A stretch of 64,000 bases of DNA, from positions 1 to 64,000 of the forward strand of contig CAWJRJ010000030.1 in the NCBI GenBank assembly GCA_963845245.1, written 5' to 3'. Under the pieces are notes generated by a model, which worked only from the letters and a program-made list of their open reading frames with translations, ran no database searches and was not told the origin of the DNA. The position numbers were made by a program, and so were the translations under genes. This document shows positions 1-11,067 of this stretch, one piece after another (position 1 is the first letter of the stretch; each line of letters starts with the position of its first letter). This stretch comes from Nitrospirota bacterium. GTDB lineage: Bacteria > Nitrospirota > JACRHJ01.

Positions 1-328
<328 letters not shown>

Positions 329-410
329 TTTTAAATCCCCTAAACAGCCCAAGACTCCACGCCCAGTGGGGCTGTGGAGTCCGGAGAAGGTTTGCCCGCT
401 CAGTGCGGGG

Positions 411-1994
411 TTATATTTTTACGTATTTGACCGAAAGCACGTTCGGGAGCTTGTTCAGCTTGTCCATCACGGGCTTGCCCGGCACACCATCGATCGATAT
501 AACCGAAATGGCCCTGCCGCCCTTTTTATCGCGGCCGAACTGCATCCTGGCTATGTTTATGTTGTTCTGTCCCAGCAACGTCCCGAGGTTGCCTATGACG
601 CCCGGCTTGTCGTTGTTGTTGGTCACGAGCATGTCGCCTTCCGGGACCACCTCAAGCAGGAAGTCGTCCACCAGCACTATCCTCGGGTCCTTCTTGTTGT
701 ACAGCGCGCCTGCCACGGCGAAGCTCTTCTTGCCGGAGGACGCCGTCACCTTTATCAGGCTCGGGTAGTCGGTCGGGTCGCTGCTCTTTACCTCTTTAAC
801 CTCTATGCCGCGGTCCTTCGCTATGAAAGGCGCGTTGACGTAGTTTACCGCCTCTTCCATTATCGGGTCGAGCAGGCCCTTGAGCACGGCCGTGGTGATG
901 GGCGCTGCCGCGTCGAGCTCGGCAACCTCGCCGAAATACTCTATCGTCACCTTGTCCAGGCCGCCTTCGTATATCTGCGCGAGGAACGAGCCGAGCTTCT
1001 CGGCAAGGCCGATGTAAGGCTGCACCTTCGGGAGGACGTCGGCCGCGACGAACGGCACGTTCACCGCGTTCCTTGCCACACCGGTATTCAGGTAGTCGGC
1101 AATCTGCTCCGCCACCGCGACGGCAACGTTTAACTGCGCCTCCCTGGTGGACGCGCCCAGGTGCGGGGTGCAGATGAAGTTGTCCAGCTCAAGCAGCGGG
1201 TTGTTCTCCGGCGGCTCCTTCTCCAGCACGTCAAGCGCGGCGCCCGCGACCTTGCCGGACTTGAGCGCCGCATGCAGCGCCTTCTCGTCCACTATCCCGC
1301 CGCGCGCGCAGTTTATTATCCTGACGCCGTCCTTCATCTTCTTTATCGTCTTCGTGTTGATGAGGCCGCGCGTTTCGTCCGTGAGCGGTGAGTGTATCGT
1401 TATGAAGTCGGACTTCTTGTATATGTTGTCGAGCGAGCTCATCACAACGCCCAGGGCGTCCGCCTTCTCCTTGGAGAGGAACGGGTCGTACCCGAGCACC
1501 GTCATGCCGAAGCCTATCGCGCGCTTCGCGACCTGCGCGCCTATCGCGCCCATGCCGATAACGCCCAGTGTCTTCTTGTAAAGCTCCACGCCCTCGAACT
1601 TCTTCTTCTCCCACTTGCCGGCCTTCATCGAGGCGGTGGCCTGCGGGATGCTCCTTGCAAGCGACATCATCATAGCGAAGGTGTGCTCCGCCGTGGTGAC
1701 GGTGTTGCCGCCGGGGGTGTTCATCACGACTATGCCGCGCTTGCTGGCGGCGGCCTTGTCCACGTTGTCAAGCCCGGAGCCCGCACGGCCAATGACCTTC
1801 AGCTTCTTCGCGGCTGCAACGACGTCCGCCGTCACCTTCGTCGCGCTCCTGATCACAAGCCCGTCGTAGTCCTTTATCTCCTTCTTAAGCTCGTCCGGCG
1901 TCATGCCCGTCTTGACTACTACTTCAAGACCCGCCTTCTTAAGTATCTCAACACCCTCGTTAGAGAGGTTATCGCTGATTAGTACCTTAGCCAT
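411..1994 (-). CDS. serA: D-3-phosphoglycerate dehydrogenase with C-terminal ASB/ACT domains
   Basis: 527 aa; [49 protein letters not shown] motifs. Confidence 0.95.
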   Translation of the reverse strand: MAKVLISDNLSNEGVEILKKAGLEVVVKTGMTPDELKKEIKDYDGLVIRSATKVTADVVAAAKKLKVIGRAGSGLDNVDKAAASKRGIVVMNTPGGNTVTTAEHTFAMMMSLARSIPQATASMKAGKWEKKKFEGVELYKKTLGVIGMGAIGAQVAKRAIGFGMTVLGYDPFLSKEKADALGVVMSSLDNIYKKSDFITIHSPLTDETRGLINTKTIKKMKDGVRIINCARGGIVDEKALHAALKSGKVAGAALDVLEKEPPENNPLLELDNFICTPHLGASTREAQLNVAVAVAEQIADYLNTGVARNAVNVPFVAADVLPKVQPYIGLAEKLGSFLAQIYEGGLDKVTIEYFGEVAELDAAAPITTAVLKGLLDPIMEEAVNYVNAPFIAKDRGIEVKEVKSSDPTDYPSLIKVTASSGKKSFAVAGALYNKKDPRIVLVDDFLLEVVPEGDMLVTNNNDKPGVIGNLGTLLGQNNINIARMQFGRDKKGGRAISVISIDGVPGKPVMDKLNKLPNVLSVKYVKI

Positions 1995-2004
1995 TTTTTC
2001 TCCC

Positions 2005-3151
2005 TTACATGTTCATTAATATCTCTTGAGCAGCCGCAACACCCTTGCCCAGCTTTATCTTCTCGTAGCCCATCTCCTTCAGGCCCATCTCGACGGCCGC
2101 GATGCCAACGACAATGTCGAATGTGTCGAAGTAGCCCAGGTGCGCTATCCTGATGATCTTGCCCTTTAGCTGCGCCTGTCCGCCCGCGACGGTAACGCCG
2201 TACTTGTCGCGAAGGAGCTTTGTGAGCGCGCCGCCGTCGATGCCCTCAGGCAGCTGGATGGCCGTGAGCGCGAGGCTGGGGTTCTGCTTTGCGAAGAGCT
2301 TGAGGCCCAGGGCCTTCGCCGCAGCCTTGGTGGCCGTGGCAAGCCTGATGTGGCGCTTGTATATGTTCTCCAGGCCTTCCGCCTTCATCATCCTAAGGAC
2401 GGTGTTCAGCCCTACGACCAGAGAGGTCGCGGTGGTGAAGTTCGTCTGGTTCTTGGCCAGGTTCTTGCGCTCCTTCGGGAAGTTGAAGTAGAACTTGGCG
2501 CACTTGGAGGTCTCGGCCATCTTCCATGCCTTGTCGGACACGGACACGAAGGCAAGGCCCGGAGGCAGCATCATCGCCTTCTGTGAGCCGGTTATGCATA
2601 CGTCCACGCCCCACTTGTCGACGGGCAGGTCGAAGACGCCCATCGCCGTTATCGCGTCAACGACGAGTATCGTGTTCTTGTAGCCCTTGACTATCTTCGC
2701 TATCGCCTGCGTGTCGTGCGCCACGGCGGTCGAGGTCTCGCTCGCCTGCATCAGGACGGCCTTTATGCGACGGGTCCTTCTTGAGCGCCTTCTCGACCAG
2801 TTCGGGCTTTACAGCGTAGCCCCACTCGACGTCGATGTTTATGGGCACTACGCCGTATGCCTCGCATATCTCGGTCCAGCGCTCGCCGAACTTTCCGCCC
2901 CTTATCACCAGCGCCTTGTCGCCGGGGGAGAGGAAGTTGGTCACCGAGCCGACCATGCCGCCGGTGCCGGTGGACGCGAGGATGAGCACGTCGTTCTTGG
3001 TCTGGAAGAGCCACTTGAGGTTGTTCTTCGCCTCTTCGAGTATCGGCATAAACTCGGGTGAACGGTGGTGGATTACCGGCATCGCCATAGCCGTAAGCGC
3101 CTCGGGCGGGACTGGTGTTGGGCCAGGTGCAAGCAAAAACTTCTTAATCAT
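2005..3151 (-). CDS. class V PLP aminotransferase (alanine-glyoxylate/serine-pyruvate, likely SerC role); one frameshift near 2765
   Basis: ORFs 2657..3151 (LAPGPTPVP, HHRSPEF) and 2005..2751 (ETST, VDAIT, TGSQKAMMLPPG) join into one protein; immediately upstream of serA. Confidence 0.88.
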
Positions 3152-3354
3152 GGCAAAAAGCCTCCTTTTTTAACTCACTACGGTTAAATTATTGGTGAAA
3201 TATTATGAAAGACTACGATAGGTACGCGAAACCGCCGGGAGAATTTTCCCGGTCAGCCTTGGATGCGTAATTTGTCAAATAGCGGGTACAAGCAGAAAAA
3301 AGGTCCGGGAAACCCGATCTGGACCGTGCTTCACTTTATTTGCGAAGCATTGGA

Positions 3355-3383
3355 AAATTAACACATGTAGGCTTGGGTGTCAA
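3355..3383 (-). promoter_or_regulatory. sigma70-type promoter of the aminotransferase-serA-purA cluster
   Basis: TTGACA-17 nt-TAATTT with TG extension on the minus strand. Confidence 0.6.
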
Positions 3384-3413
3384 GGGGTTTGTAGATTATT
3401 AAAATTAATAACC

Positions 3414-4056
3414 CTATTCAACCGTGCGGATTCCCTTGAGTTCCCCGCCCTCGATGGTGAAGTCCTTGTCCATCCCCTCCGGCGGGTTCACGATGTATTT
3501 CTCGAAGTTCACGGTTATGGTGTACCCCGCCTTCTCGTCATGCGCAATGAGTATCAGCGGCAGGACGTAGTCGCCCTCCACTATCTGACCTTCGGACTGC
3601 ACGGTGATATCCGGGCCGGGTATCCCGTTCCCCTCACCTGTCAGCTCCAGGAACAGCGCCTTGTATATCACGGCCGGGTCGATATCTATCCCCTTCTCCT
3701 TCAGCAGGCCCCGCAGAGAGGCGTACGTCCCGGTGTAGAGGTATCCATCCGAGGGCTGATAGAACCAGAACTTATCGCCGTCCAGCACGACGTCGAATAC
3801 CGTCACGCCCAGCAGCGCAAGCCCGGATACCCGCACCTTGCCCGGTCTCGCGGCGCGCAGCACCGCGTCGAAGCTCCGGTCGCTCTTTCCCGCCTGGTGC
3901 ACCGTCACTCGCACGGATGCGCGCAGGCCCGTTATGGCCTTGTTCGCGGCGGGGATAACCGTGGGCACAGGCTCTGACGATTGCGCGTGGGGCGCAGGCG
4001 GAAAGGAGGATAATCAAGGCGGCAATTAGGGCAAACCTTAGAAGAGATTTTATCAT
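3414..4056 (-). CDS. lipoprotein, LolB/DUF4292-like; frameshift near 3965
   Basis: N-terminal lipobox LLSAC in 3772..4056 continues into 3414..3968 (RPGKVRVSGLALLG...FWFYQPS). Confidence 0.6.
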
Positions 4057-4280
4057 GCAACCTTGTCGTAAGAGACTATCTCGACTTCCGCCTTGTTCTT
4101 TCGCGCGGCTTCAACGGTTTTTTCCAGAGACGCGGCAATATCGTCCGGGATAAACACCTCACCACACTGTCCGCAGACATCAGCCGGTACATCCTTAACA
4201 ATCAGGAACCCGCCTTCAAGTTCCACCGGAAAGTTTGTTTTGCTTCTTTTAACTGTTCCCTTACACACGGGGCATTTCAT
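4053..4280 (-). CDS. YgiT-type/MqsA-like zinc-finger antitoxin
   Basis: MKCPVCKG...VKDVPADVCGQCGE; ATGA overlap with the upstream toxin gene. Confidence 0.85.
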   Translation of the reverse strand: MKCPVCKGTVKRSKTNFPVELEGGFLIVKDVPADVCGQCGEVFIPDDIAASLEKTVEAARKNKAEVEIVSYDKVA

Positions 4281-4591
4281 TTGTTCCTCCTGACTATCCA
4301 TCCGTCTTCCCATTCCAAAGGTGAAGGAATGTAAACCGTGATTATGAAAACCATCGGCTCATCATTGTCCAAAGAAAGGACGACATGCAATGGCTTTCCT
4401 TCACTATAACCTAAAACCAGGTAACTTGAAAAGGGTTTATCTTCTTTGTAGGTTTCAATTATCTCACCAGCCCCAATAGCCTCGAAAACCTCTTGTCGCC
4501 TGATGCCTCTTTCAAAGAGCCTCTTTAGGGCATGCTTTTTCCATTCAATCTGTCTCTTTTCAACGAGGGCTTTTATTTTATCTATTGGCAT
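4277..4591 (-). CDS. DUF4258 family putative toxin
   Basis: HALKRLFERGI...IIETYKEDKPFSSYLVLG...PLHVV...ITVYIP pattern; paired with YgiT-type gene. Confidence 0.85.
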   Translation of the reverse strand: MPIDKIKALVEKRQIEWKKHALKRLFERGIRRQEVFEAIGAGEIIETYKEDKPFSSYLVLGYSEGKPLHVVLSLDNDEPMVFIITVYIPSPLEWEDGWIVRRNK

Positions 4592-4640
4592 ATTAATCTC
4601 TAATTATAAAGTCAACAGACGGCTTAAAGCTTCTTCTCCA

Positions 4641-5180
4641 TCAATTTGTTGCCCTCATGTAATCGTTAAAGTGCCTTACATATTTACCGTCAATTTCAAT
4701 CTTGAAAACCGTGTCATACTTCAATTGATAAATTTTCTCCCATCTGCCTTCAGCATCGTAGCAATTAATACTGAAGGAACTTTTAGAGACTTCGGTAATT
4801 TCACCAATATAAAGCGACGAACCGTTGTCATGGACCACCTCGATAGAGGGCCAGGTACTTTGCGATTTAAGATAGCTCATTATCTCTTCCAGAGTCTTCA
4901 TACCATGAAACCATCCTGTTTCTTTTAAGCTCTTAAGAGTCTTACAAAAGCTGATAACAGCGTTGAAACTCTTTTCAAGCTTTCCATTTCTAATACTTTT
5001 AATATTCTTTTTGAAGATAAAAATTATCCCATCCGGCTCAAAATCGTCAATTACTCTAAGCACCACATATTTTCTATTGTAATCCAAGACAATGCCATCA
5101 TAAGCATCCCCGTCTGGATGTTTGGTGTTTATTCTTATGACCCACTTATTATTCATCGAATAATCAAATTCTTTATTCAT
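4641..5180 (-). CDS. hypothetical protein (AT-rich, accessory)
   Basis: 179-aa ORF with GAGG RBS, markedly lower GC than flanks; no recognised motif. Confidence 0.7.
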   Translation of the reverse strand: MNKEFDYSMNNKWVIRINTKHPDGDAYDGIVLDYNRKYVVLRVIDDFEPDGIIFIFKKNIKSIRNGKLEKSFNAVISFCKTLKSLKETGWFHGMKTLEEIMSYLKSQSTWPSIEVVHDNGSSLYIGEITEVSKSSFSINCYDAEGRWEKIYQLKYDTVFKIEIDGKYVRHFNDYMRATN

Positions 5181-5299
5181 TCAGCACCTCTAACGCCTAT
5201 ACAATGTTTTTGTTGAGTAGTATCTGCATAAGCCATTTTCATTGATTTTTAATTTTTTATCAACAGAAATCTCTTGACTCCTCCCCCCTTTCATGATAT

Positions 5300-5326
5300 T
5301 GATATTGAAAATCGCTTTCAATATCA
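5300..5326. promoter_or_regulatory. Fur-box-like operator
   Basis: Perfect 11-bp inverted repeat TGATATTGAAA-atcgc-TTTCAATATCA, core TTGAAAATCGCTTTCAA, between a TTGACT -35 element (5274) and the fur start. Confidence 0.75.
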
Positions 5327-5337
5327 GGGGCTTCTCA

Positions 5338-5768
5338 ATGAGAAAACGAATAGCCGACCTTGCAAAGTTCATCTCCGACCGGGGCCTGAAGAACACCCGC
5401 CAGCGCGAGACGGTCGCCGAGGTGTTCTTCTCCACCTCCGGGCACATCAGCGCGGAAGAGCTTTACCAGAAGGTATTAAAGGTGGACCCGAACATCGGGC
5501 TGACCACCGTATACCGGACGCTGAAGCTCCTGACCGAGGCGGGCCTTGCCAAGGAGCGCCGTTTCGGCGGCGAGCCGCAGGGCGTGTTCGAGAAGCAGGA
5601 CGATAAACACCACGACCACCTGATATGCACCCGCTGCGGCAAGATAATAGAGTTCAACGAGCCTGACCTCGAAGCCATTCAGGACGAAGTGGCGAAAAAG
5701 TTCGGGTTCGTAGTCGAAGACCACAAGATGGAGCTTTACGGCCTCTGCAAGTCTGTAGGACCGCTTAA
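5338..5768 (+). CDS. fur: Fur family transcriptional regulator; true end probably CKSCRTA* after a 1-nt deletion near 5753
   Basis: TRQRE, HISAEELY, TTVYRTLKLL, HHDHLICTRCGKIIEF, HKMELYGLC; one added base restores the terminal CxxC and a TAA at 5766-5768. Confidence 0.9.
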
Positions 5769-5795
5769 CAACATAAAAGAGAAACAAACGAAATT

Positions 5796-7783
5796 ATGCA
5801 CTGCGAAACAAAGCAACAAGTAAAACCAAAGGGCAAGGGCATAAAGAAGCTCCTGCTGGTGGGCAACCCGAACGTCGGCAAGAGCGTCATATTCGGCTTT
5901 CTGACCGGGCAGTACGTCACCGTATCCAACTACCCCGGCACGACCGTCGAGGTAAGCCTGGGCAACGCGACGATAAAGGGCGAGCAGTACGTCGTGATGG
6001 ACACGCCGGGCGTGAACTCCCTGCTCCCGATGTCCGAGGACGAGGTCGTAACCCGCGACATACTGCTTAACGAGGACTTCGACTCCGTCGTGCAGGTCTG
6101 CGACACCAAGAACCTGCGGCGCTCCCTCGTGATAAGCCTCCAGCTTGCCGAGATGGGCGTCCCGTTCGTGATGGCGCTGAACATGGCGGACGAGGCCGAG
6201 GACCTGGGCATTACCACTGACTTCGCGATGCTCGCGAAGGTTACGGGCGTCGAGACGTTCAGCACCGTCGCCACGCGCAGGAAGGGCCTGAACAAGCTCC
6301 GTGAGTCCATACCGAACCCGCACCACTCCCTGCTTGATATAAGGTACGACGACCGCATCGAGGGCGCGATAGCGAAGATGGAGGCGCTCCTGCCGGATGC
6401 CAAGATATCCAAACGCTCCCTCGCGCTCATGCTCATCGGCGGGGACGCAAGCCTGCAAGAACTGGCTGCACAGTGTCATCGACGACAGCCGTATTGACCA
6501 GCTTGAGACGGTCGTTAGAGAGACCCAGTCCGGCGTCAGCGAGCCGCTCGGGTATGTCATAAACAAGGAACGGCAGAAGATCGTAAACGAGGTCGTGGAC
6601 GCCTGCCAGAACAAGGTGGAGAAGGCCGAAAAAGGGATAAAGCAGTGGCTCGGCATGATTACGATGCACCCGGTCTGGGGCCTGCCTTTCCTGCTTGTCA
6701 TCCTCTACGTGGTGTACGAGTTCGTCGGCGTGCTCGGGGCCGGGGTAATGGTCGACTTCATGGAGCACACCGTCTTCGAGAAGCTGATCAACCCCTATGC
6801 GATAAAGTTCTTCGAGACCATAATGCCGGTCGCGTTCCTGAGGGAGCTTGTTCATCGGCCAGTACGGCATAGTCACGATGGCCCTGACCTACGCCATCGC
6901 AATCGTGCTCCCCATCACGGCGACGTTCTTCATCGCGTTCGGCATGCTGGAGGACTCCGGCTACCTCCCCCGCCTGGCCATAATGGTGAACAAGCTGTTC
7001 CGGCTCATCGGCTTAAACGGCAAGGCTGTCCTGCCTATGGTGCTCGGCCTTGGCTGCTGTACGATGGCGACGCTGACCACCCGCATACTTGAGACGAAGA
7101 AGGAACGGATGATCGTCACGCTGCTCCTCGCCCTGGCCATCCCATGCTCCGCGCAGCTCGGCGTCATCATGGGCATGCTGTCTGCAATATCCCCCTGGGC
7201 AACGGTCATATGGGGAGGCGTCCTGCTTGCTGTCCTGCTGGTGGTCGGGTACCTTTCCTCGCTTATCATAAAGGGCGAGGCGTCGGACTTCATACTGGAG
7301 CTGCCGCCTATCCGCGTCCCCAAGATGAAGAACATACTCTTCAAGACATTCGGCAGGATCGAGTGGTACTTAAAAGAAGCCGTCCCCCTCTTTATCCTTG
7401 GCACGCTTCTGCTCTTTGCCGCGGACAAGCTGTTGCTGCTGGGCCTGATGGAGAAGGCCGCTTCGCCTATCGTAGTGAACTTCCTTGGCCTGCCGGCGAA
7501 GGCGACGGATGCCTTCCTCATAGGCTTCCTGAGGCGCGACTACGGCGCGGCCGGACTTTTTGCAATGCAGAAGGGCGGCCTGCTCACCCCCGTGCAGTCG
7601 CTCGTGAGCATAGTGGTCATCACCCTGTTCGTACCGTGTATCGCACAGTTCTTTGTTACCATTAAGGAACGCGGCCTGAAGCCGGCGCTCATCATGCTTG
7701 GTTTCATATTCCCGTTCGCGGTGGTTGTCGGGGCGGGGCTTAACTTCGGTCTGAATTTTCTTGGCGTTACACTAATTAAATAG
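5796..7783 (+). CDS. feoB: ferrous iron transporter FeoB; frameshifts near 6450 and 6850
   Basis: GNPNVGKS, NYPGTTVE, DTPG, NMADE GTPase motifs; LEDSGYLPR, LGLGC, IPCSAQ, FILELPP, LFVPC membrane-domain motifs. Confidence 0.93.
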
Positions 7784-7794
7784 AAGGAGAACAT

Positions 7795-8502
7795 ATGGCA
7801 ACGGATACTCCCGGTTTCGTAATCACCCAGGAGATAATAGACGAGTTTCTCGAAGCACAGTGGCTTCTGGAGGAGCAGGGTAAAAACCACGCGATAAAGA
7901 GGTCGGCCCTTCCTGCAATAGTAATCGACGAGGGCTTGATAGAAGACGCGCAAAAGGCCGCTATGGTAATCGAGAAGATGGCCAAGGACGGGTTTATATC
8001 AATCAGCGGTGATGACATCGCATTTACAGACCGCGGCCGGGAGACGGCAAAGAACCTGACCAGGAGAAAGAGGCTTGCCGAAAAACTCCTTGCCGAGGTG
8101 TTGGCGCTCGGCCCAAGCGAAATCAAGTCATCCGCCTGCCGGTTCGAGCATATACTGAGCCCTGAGGTGACCGACTCGGTATGCGCCTTCCTGGGCCACC
8201 CGCCCACCTGCCCGCACGGTAAGCCTATCCCGCACGGGGACTGCTGCAAGAAGCTCACGCACCACATGAGGCCTCTTGTGATGCCTATGAAGGACATAGA
8301 ACCGGGCAGCCGCGCACGTATTGTTTTTATCGCACCGAAGGACCACGGCAGGATGGACAGACTGTCTTCGCTCGGCATCGTCCCCGGCACCGAGATACTG
8401 CTGCACCAGAAAAAGCCCGCATTTGTTATACGCGCTGGCGAGACGGAACTTGCGCTCGACATCGAGATCGCCGGCGAGATTTACGTAAAGGTCCTCAGCT
8501 AA
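7795..8502 (+). CDS. DtxR/MntR-family metal-dependent regulator with C-terminal FeoA domain
   Basis: TDRGRETA...RLAEKLL, ACRFEHILS, LGHPPTCPHGKPIP; C-terminal RLSSLGIVPG FeoA/SH3-like part. Confidence 0.88.
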   Translation: MATDTPGFVITQEIIDEFLEAQWLLEEQGKNHAIKRSALPAIVIDEGLIEDAQKAAMVIEKMAKDGFISISGDDIAFTDRGRETAKNLTRRKRLAEKLLAEVLALGPSEIKSSACRFEHILSPEVTDSVCAFLGHPPTCPHGKPIPHGDCCKKLTHHMRPLVMPMKDIEPGSRARIVFIAPKDHGRMDRLSSLGIVPGTEILLHQKKPAFVIRAGETELALDIEIAGEIYVKVLS

Positions 8503-8506
8503 GAAA

Positions 8507-9639
8507 TCAGCCAATATACCGGAGGAGCCAGCCCTCTACAACGTCTATCGCGCCGACCGGGCAGACCTCCTGACAGCAGAAACAGCGTATGCACTGGCGG
8601 TAGTCGATACTGAGTTCTTTGTCCTTCTCGCTGATGGCCTTTGCAGGGCAGATGGTATGGCACATCATGCAGAGCTGGCACTTGACCTTGTCTATCCGGG
8701 GCTTTGTGGTCAGGGATTCTTTGAGGAGTTTCCTGACCGGCTCCGGGATGGACCACTCTACATGCGAGGTGGATGGAAGTTTGAATTTTTCCACCCTTGC
8801 TTCGACTGTATCATTAAAATCCCCCAGCAGCTCTATATCAGATAAGCTTTCAGGGGCAAGACCCTTCTCACGGGCAACACGGGTTGTAGGCAGCTTGTCC
8901 GGCCCCACACCCAGCATGTCTGCTATGACCATATCGAGACATACTGCATCCGCGCCGGCGGCGATGAAACCAAGCTTCCTGGGGGTGCCGCTGCCTGGGC
9001 CGTTCCCTTCCATGCCGACGACCCCGTCGGCTATGTTCAGGACGGGTTTAACTATGCCGCATAGTTCTACAAGCATTGTGGCGAAGGCGTTACGGTCGAC
9101 TCCGGACTTCAGATGCCACTGGACCTTCCTGCGGCCAGGTATGCAGCCGAACAGGTTCTTTACCGAAAGGGTAAGGAGCATCTGGCCGTGCGTCTTTACC
9201 TTTGGCAGGTTGATAACGGCATCGGCGGCCATAACCTCGCGGGCAATCTCGAAATGCTTGAATGTACCCTTGCCGTCGACCTTTACGACCTCGGTACAGC
9301 TCTTTAAGTGCTGCCCCTTCTTCGGCTGCAACGGCGGCAATGCCGGTCACTTCCGCAGACCTTCCTGAAGCTCCCAAGCGCATTGGAGTCGCCTACCGTA
9401 GGGATGCCGCCCGCTGCTTTGACCAGCCGGATGACAGCCCTGACGACCTCTGGGTGCGTCGTGACCGCCTTCTCCGGGGCCTTGCCAGCCAGCATGTTCG
9501 GCTTGATCAACACCCTGGAGCCGGGTTTTACAAATCTGTCGATACCTCCGAGAAGCGCAACTACACGCTCAACGGCCCTGGACACGTCTTTATAATTCCC
9601 GCACCTTACAATACCTACCTCATGTTTTGCATCAGACAT
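8507..9639 (-). CDS. DUF362 family protein with C-terminal 2x[4Fe-4S] domain; frameshift near 9345
   Basis: VLIKPNML, TTHPEVV, INLPKVKTH, TLSVKNLFG, GMEGNGP; CQLCMMCHTICP and CIRCFCCQEVCP. Confidence 0.88.
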
Positions 9640-9660
9640 AAGCACAACCCTTTACCTACG

Positions 9661-9694
9661 AAAAAAGGGGCCCGTATCGGACCCCTTCTCTTTT
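9661..9694 (-). terminator. intrinsic terminator-like hairpin
   Basis: AAGGGG-CCCG...CGG-ACCCCTT stem flanked by A and T tracts. Confidence 0.55.
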
Positions 9695-9719
9695 TATAAT
9701 TACAACTCTGTTTACTGCC

Positions 9720-10298
9720 TCAGGGCTTCAATATATACATGCAGGCCTTGCCATCTATCTTTTTCTTTATGGCTTCCTGGTCCAGCTCGGTACGGGTCGT
9801 GCCTTCGGTCGCGAAAACCACCTTGCCCGAGGACATGGACCTGCAGGCAACCTGATATACCTTCAGGGGCTTGCCTTTGACCTTTATATGGTCGCCTACG
9901 GTCGCACGTATTATCTGATGGACTATGCAGAAGGGGTGAAGTATTGCCCCCTTGCCCTTATGGATATCGATATATTTATCGACAATCCTCTGAAAGAAAT
10001 CCGGCAGCTTACCGTCCACCATGACAGACTCAAGCAGCTTTGTCATGGGGCACTGGTTAAGCACAAAGAGGTTTTCTTCGCAGTCAGCCTTGCCTTCAAG
10101 GGCGTCAAACGGAGACTTTCCTGTCACATGGTCTTTAAGAAACTCTTCGAACGACTCGTAATCCTTTATATCCAGTTCACCGGCAATTTCTTTACCCATC
10201 TCCTGAAGGTCATAGATAATCGCGCTGATGAGCCTTTTATCTTCCCGAATTATTCCGTCTGCCCATTTTTTGGTAAGCTTTTTTTCCAGTAAAGACAT
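9720..10298 (-). CDS. hypothetical Cys/His-containing protein (possible V4R/MetOD1-like fold)
   Basis: 192-aa ORF; CP...HPFCIVH...AC...AC pattern. Confidence 0.65.
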   Translation of the reverse strand: MSLLEKKLTKKWADGIIREDKRLISAIIYDLQEMGKEIAGELDIKDYESFEEFLKDHVTGKSPFDALEGKADCEENLFVLNQCPMTKLLESVMVDGKLPDFFQRIVDKYIDIHKGKGAILHPFCIVHQIIRATVGDHIKVKGKPLKVYQVACRSMSSGKVVFATEGTTRTELDQEAIKKKIDGKACMYILKP

Positions 10299-10373
10299 TT
10301 ATAGCATCCTTGCAAGACGGACCTTTTTATCAGGACGCGGGCATCAGGCCCCAATAACCCCGCGTACTGCCCC

Positions 10374-10736
10374 TTACGAGGCCTTTGCGAACTGCTTTGC
10401 CTTCTCAACCACCTTGCCGAAGCCGGCGAGGTCGGATACGGCCATCTCAGCCAGTACCTTGCGGTCAAGCTCAATACCCGCCAGCTTCAGCCCATGCATG
10501 AGCTGGCTGTAGGATATATCGTTTATCCTGGCGGCAGCGTTTATCCTGGTTATCCAGAGCCCGCGGAAGCTGCGCTTCTTGGCACGCCTGTCCCTGTATG
10601 CATACTTCAGGGCCTTGTCGACCGCCTCGGTCGCTGTCCTGAACAAACGGCTTTTGCCACCGTAATAACCCTTGGCCAGCTTGAGCACCTTGCCCCTGCG
10701 TCTCCTGGCTTTAAAACCTCTTTTTGCTCTCGGCAT
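10374..10736 (-). CDS. rplT: 50S ribosomal protein L20
   Basis: MPRAKRG...LAKGYYG...YAYRDRR...[11 protein letters not shown]. Confidence 0.97.
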   Translation of the reverse strand: MPRAKRGFKARRRRGKVLKLAKGYYGGKSRLFRTATEAVDKALKYAYRDRRAKKRSFRGLWITRINAAARINDISYSQLMHGLKLAGIELDRKVLAEMAVSDLAGFGKVVEKAKQFAKAS

Positions 10737-10766
10737 CTCTGATTCTCCTTAAAACGTGATGTCCGC

Positions 10767-10970
10767 CTACTTGTAAGGCAGAAGCTTTCTCATCATCTTT
10801 GCGTTTGCGCCATCGACATATGATATGGTTGTCAGCTTGCGCATCCTGCCTGCTGATTTAGTCGTAAGCAGGTGGCTGCCGAACGCCTTGCCCCTCTTTA
10901 CCTTGCCCTTGGCGGTAAAGCTGAAACGCTTGGCGGCGCCTTTGTGAGTCTTCATTTTATACCCGGCCAT
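10767..10970 (-). CDS. rpmI: 50S ribosomal protein L35
   Basis: KMKTHKGAAKRF...HLLTTKS; between infC and rplT. Confidence 0.95.
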   Translation of the reverse strand: MAGYKMKTHKGAAKRFSFTAKGKVKRGKAFGSHLLTTKSAGRMRKLTTISYVDGANAKMMRKLLPYK

Positions 10971-11038
10971 ATTGCCAACCCCTTTCAATTCAAAGAAAAT
11001 ATAGACAAAACTATCCCTTCAACCTGTGGGAGGGAAAC

Positions 11039-11067
11039 AGAATACACCAATGACAGGCGGTTGTCAA
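11039..11067 (-). promoter_or_regulatory. internal promoter for rpmI-rplT
   Basis: TTGACA (overlapping the infC stop)-17 nt-TATTCT. Confidence 0.5.

Noticed and set aside
5181..5225. ACTCAAC...GTTAGAG upstream of the AT-rich gene as an integron attC site
   Set aside because: Only about 17 nt separate the boxes, far shorter than a real attC. There are no L boxes, no downstream attC and no integrase.
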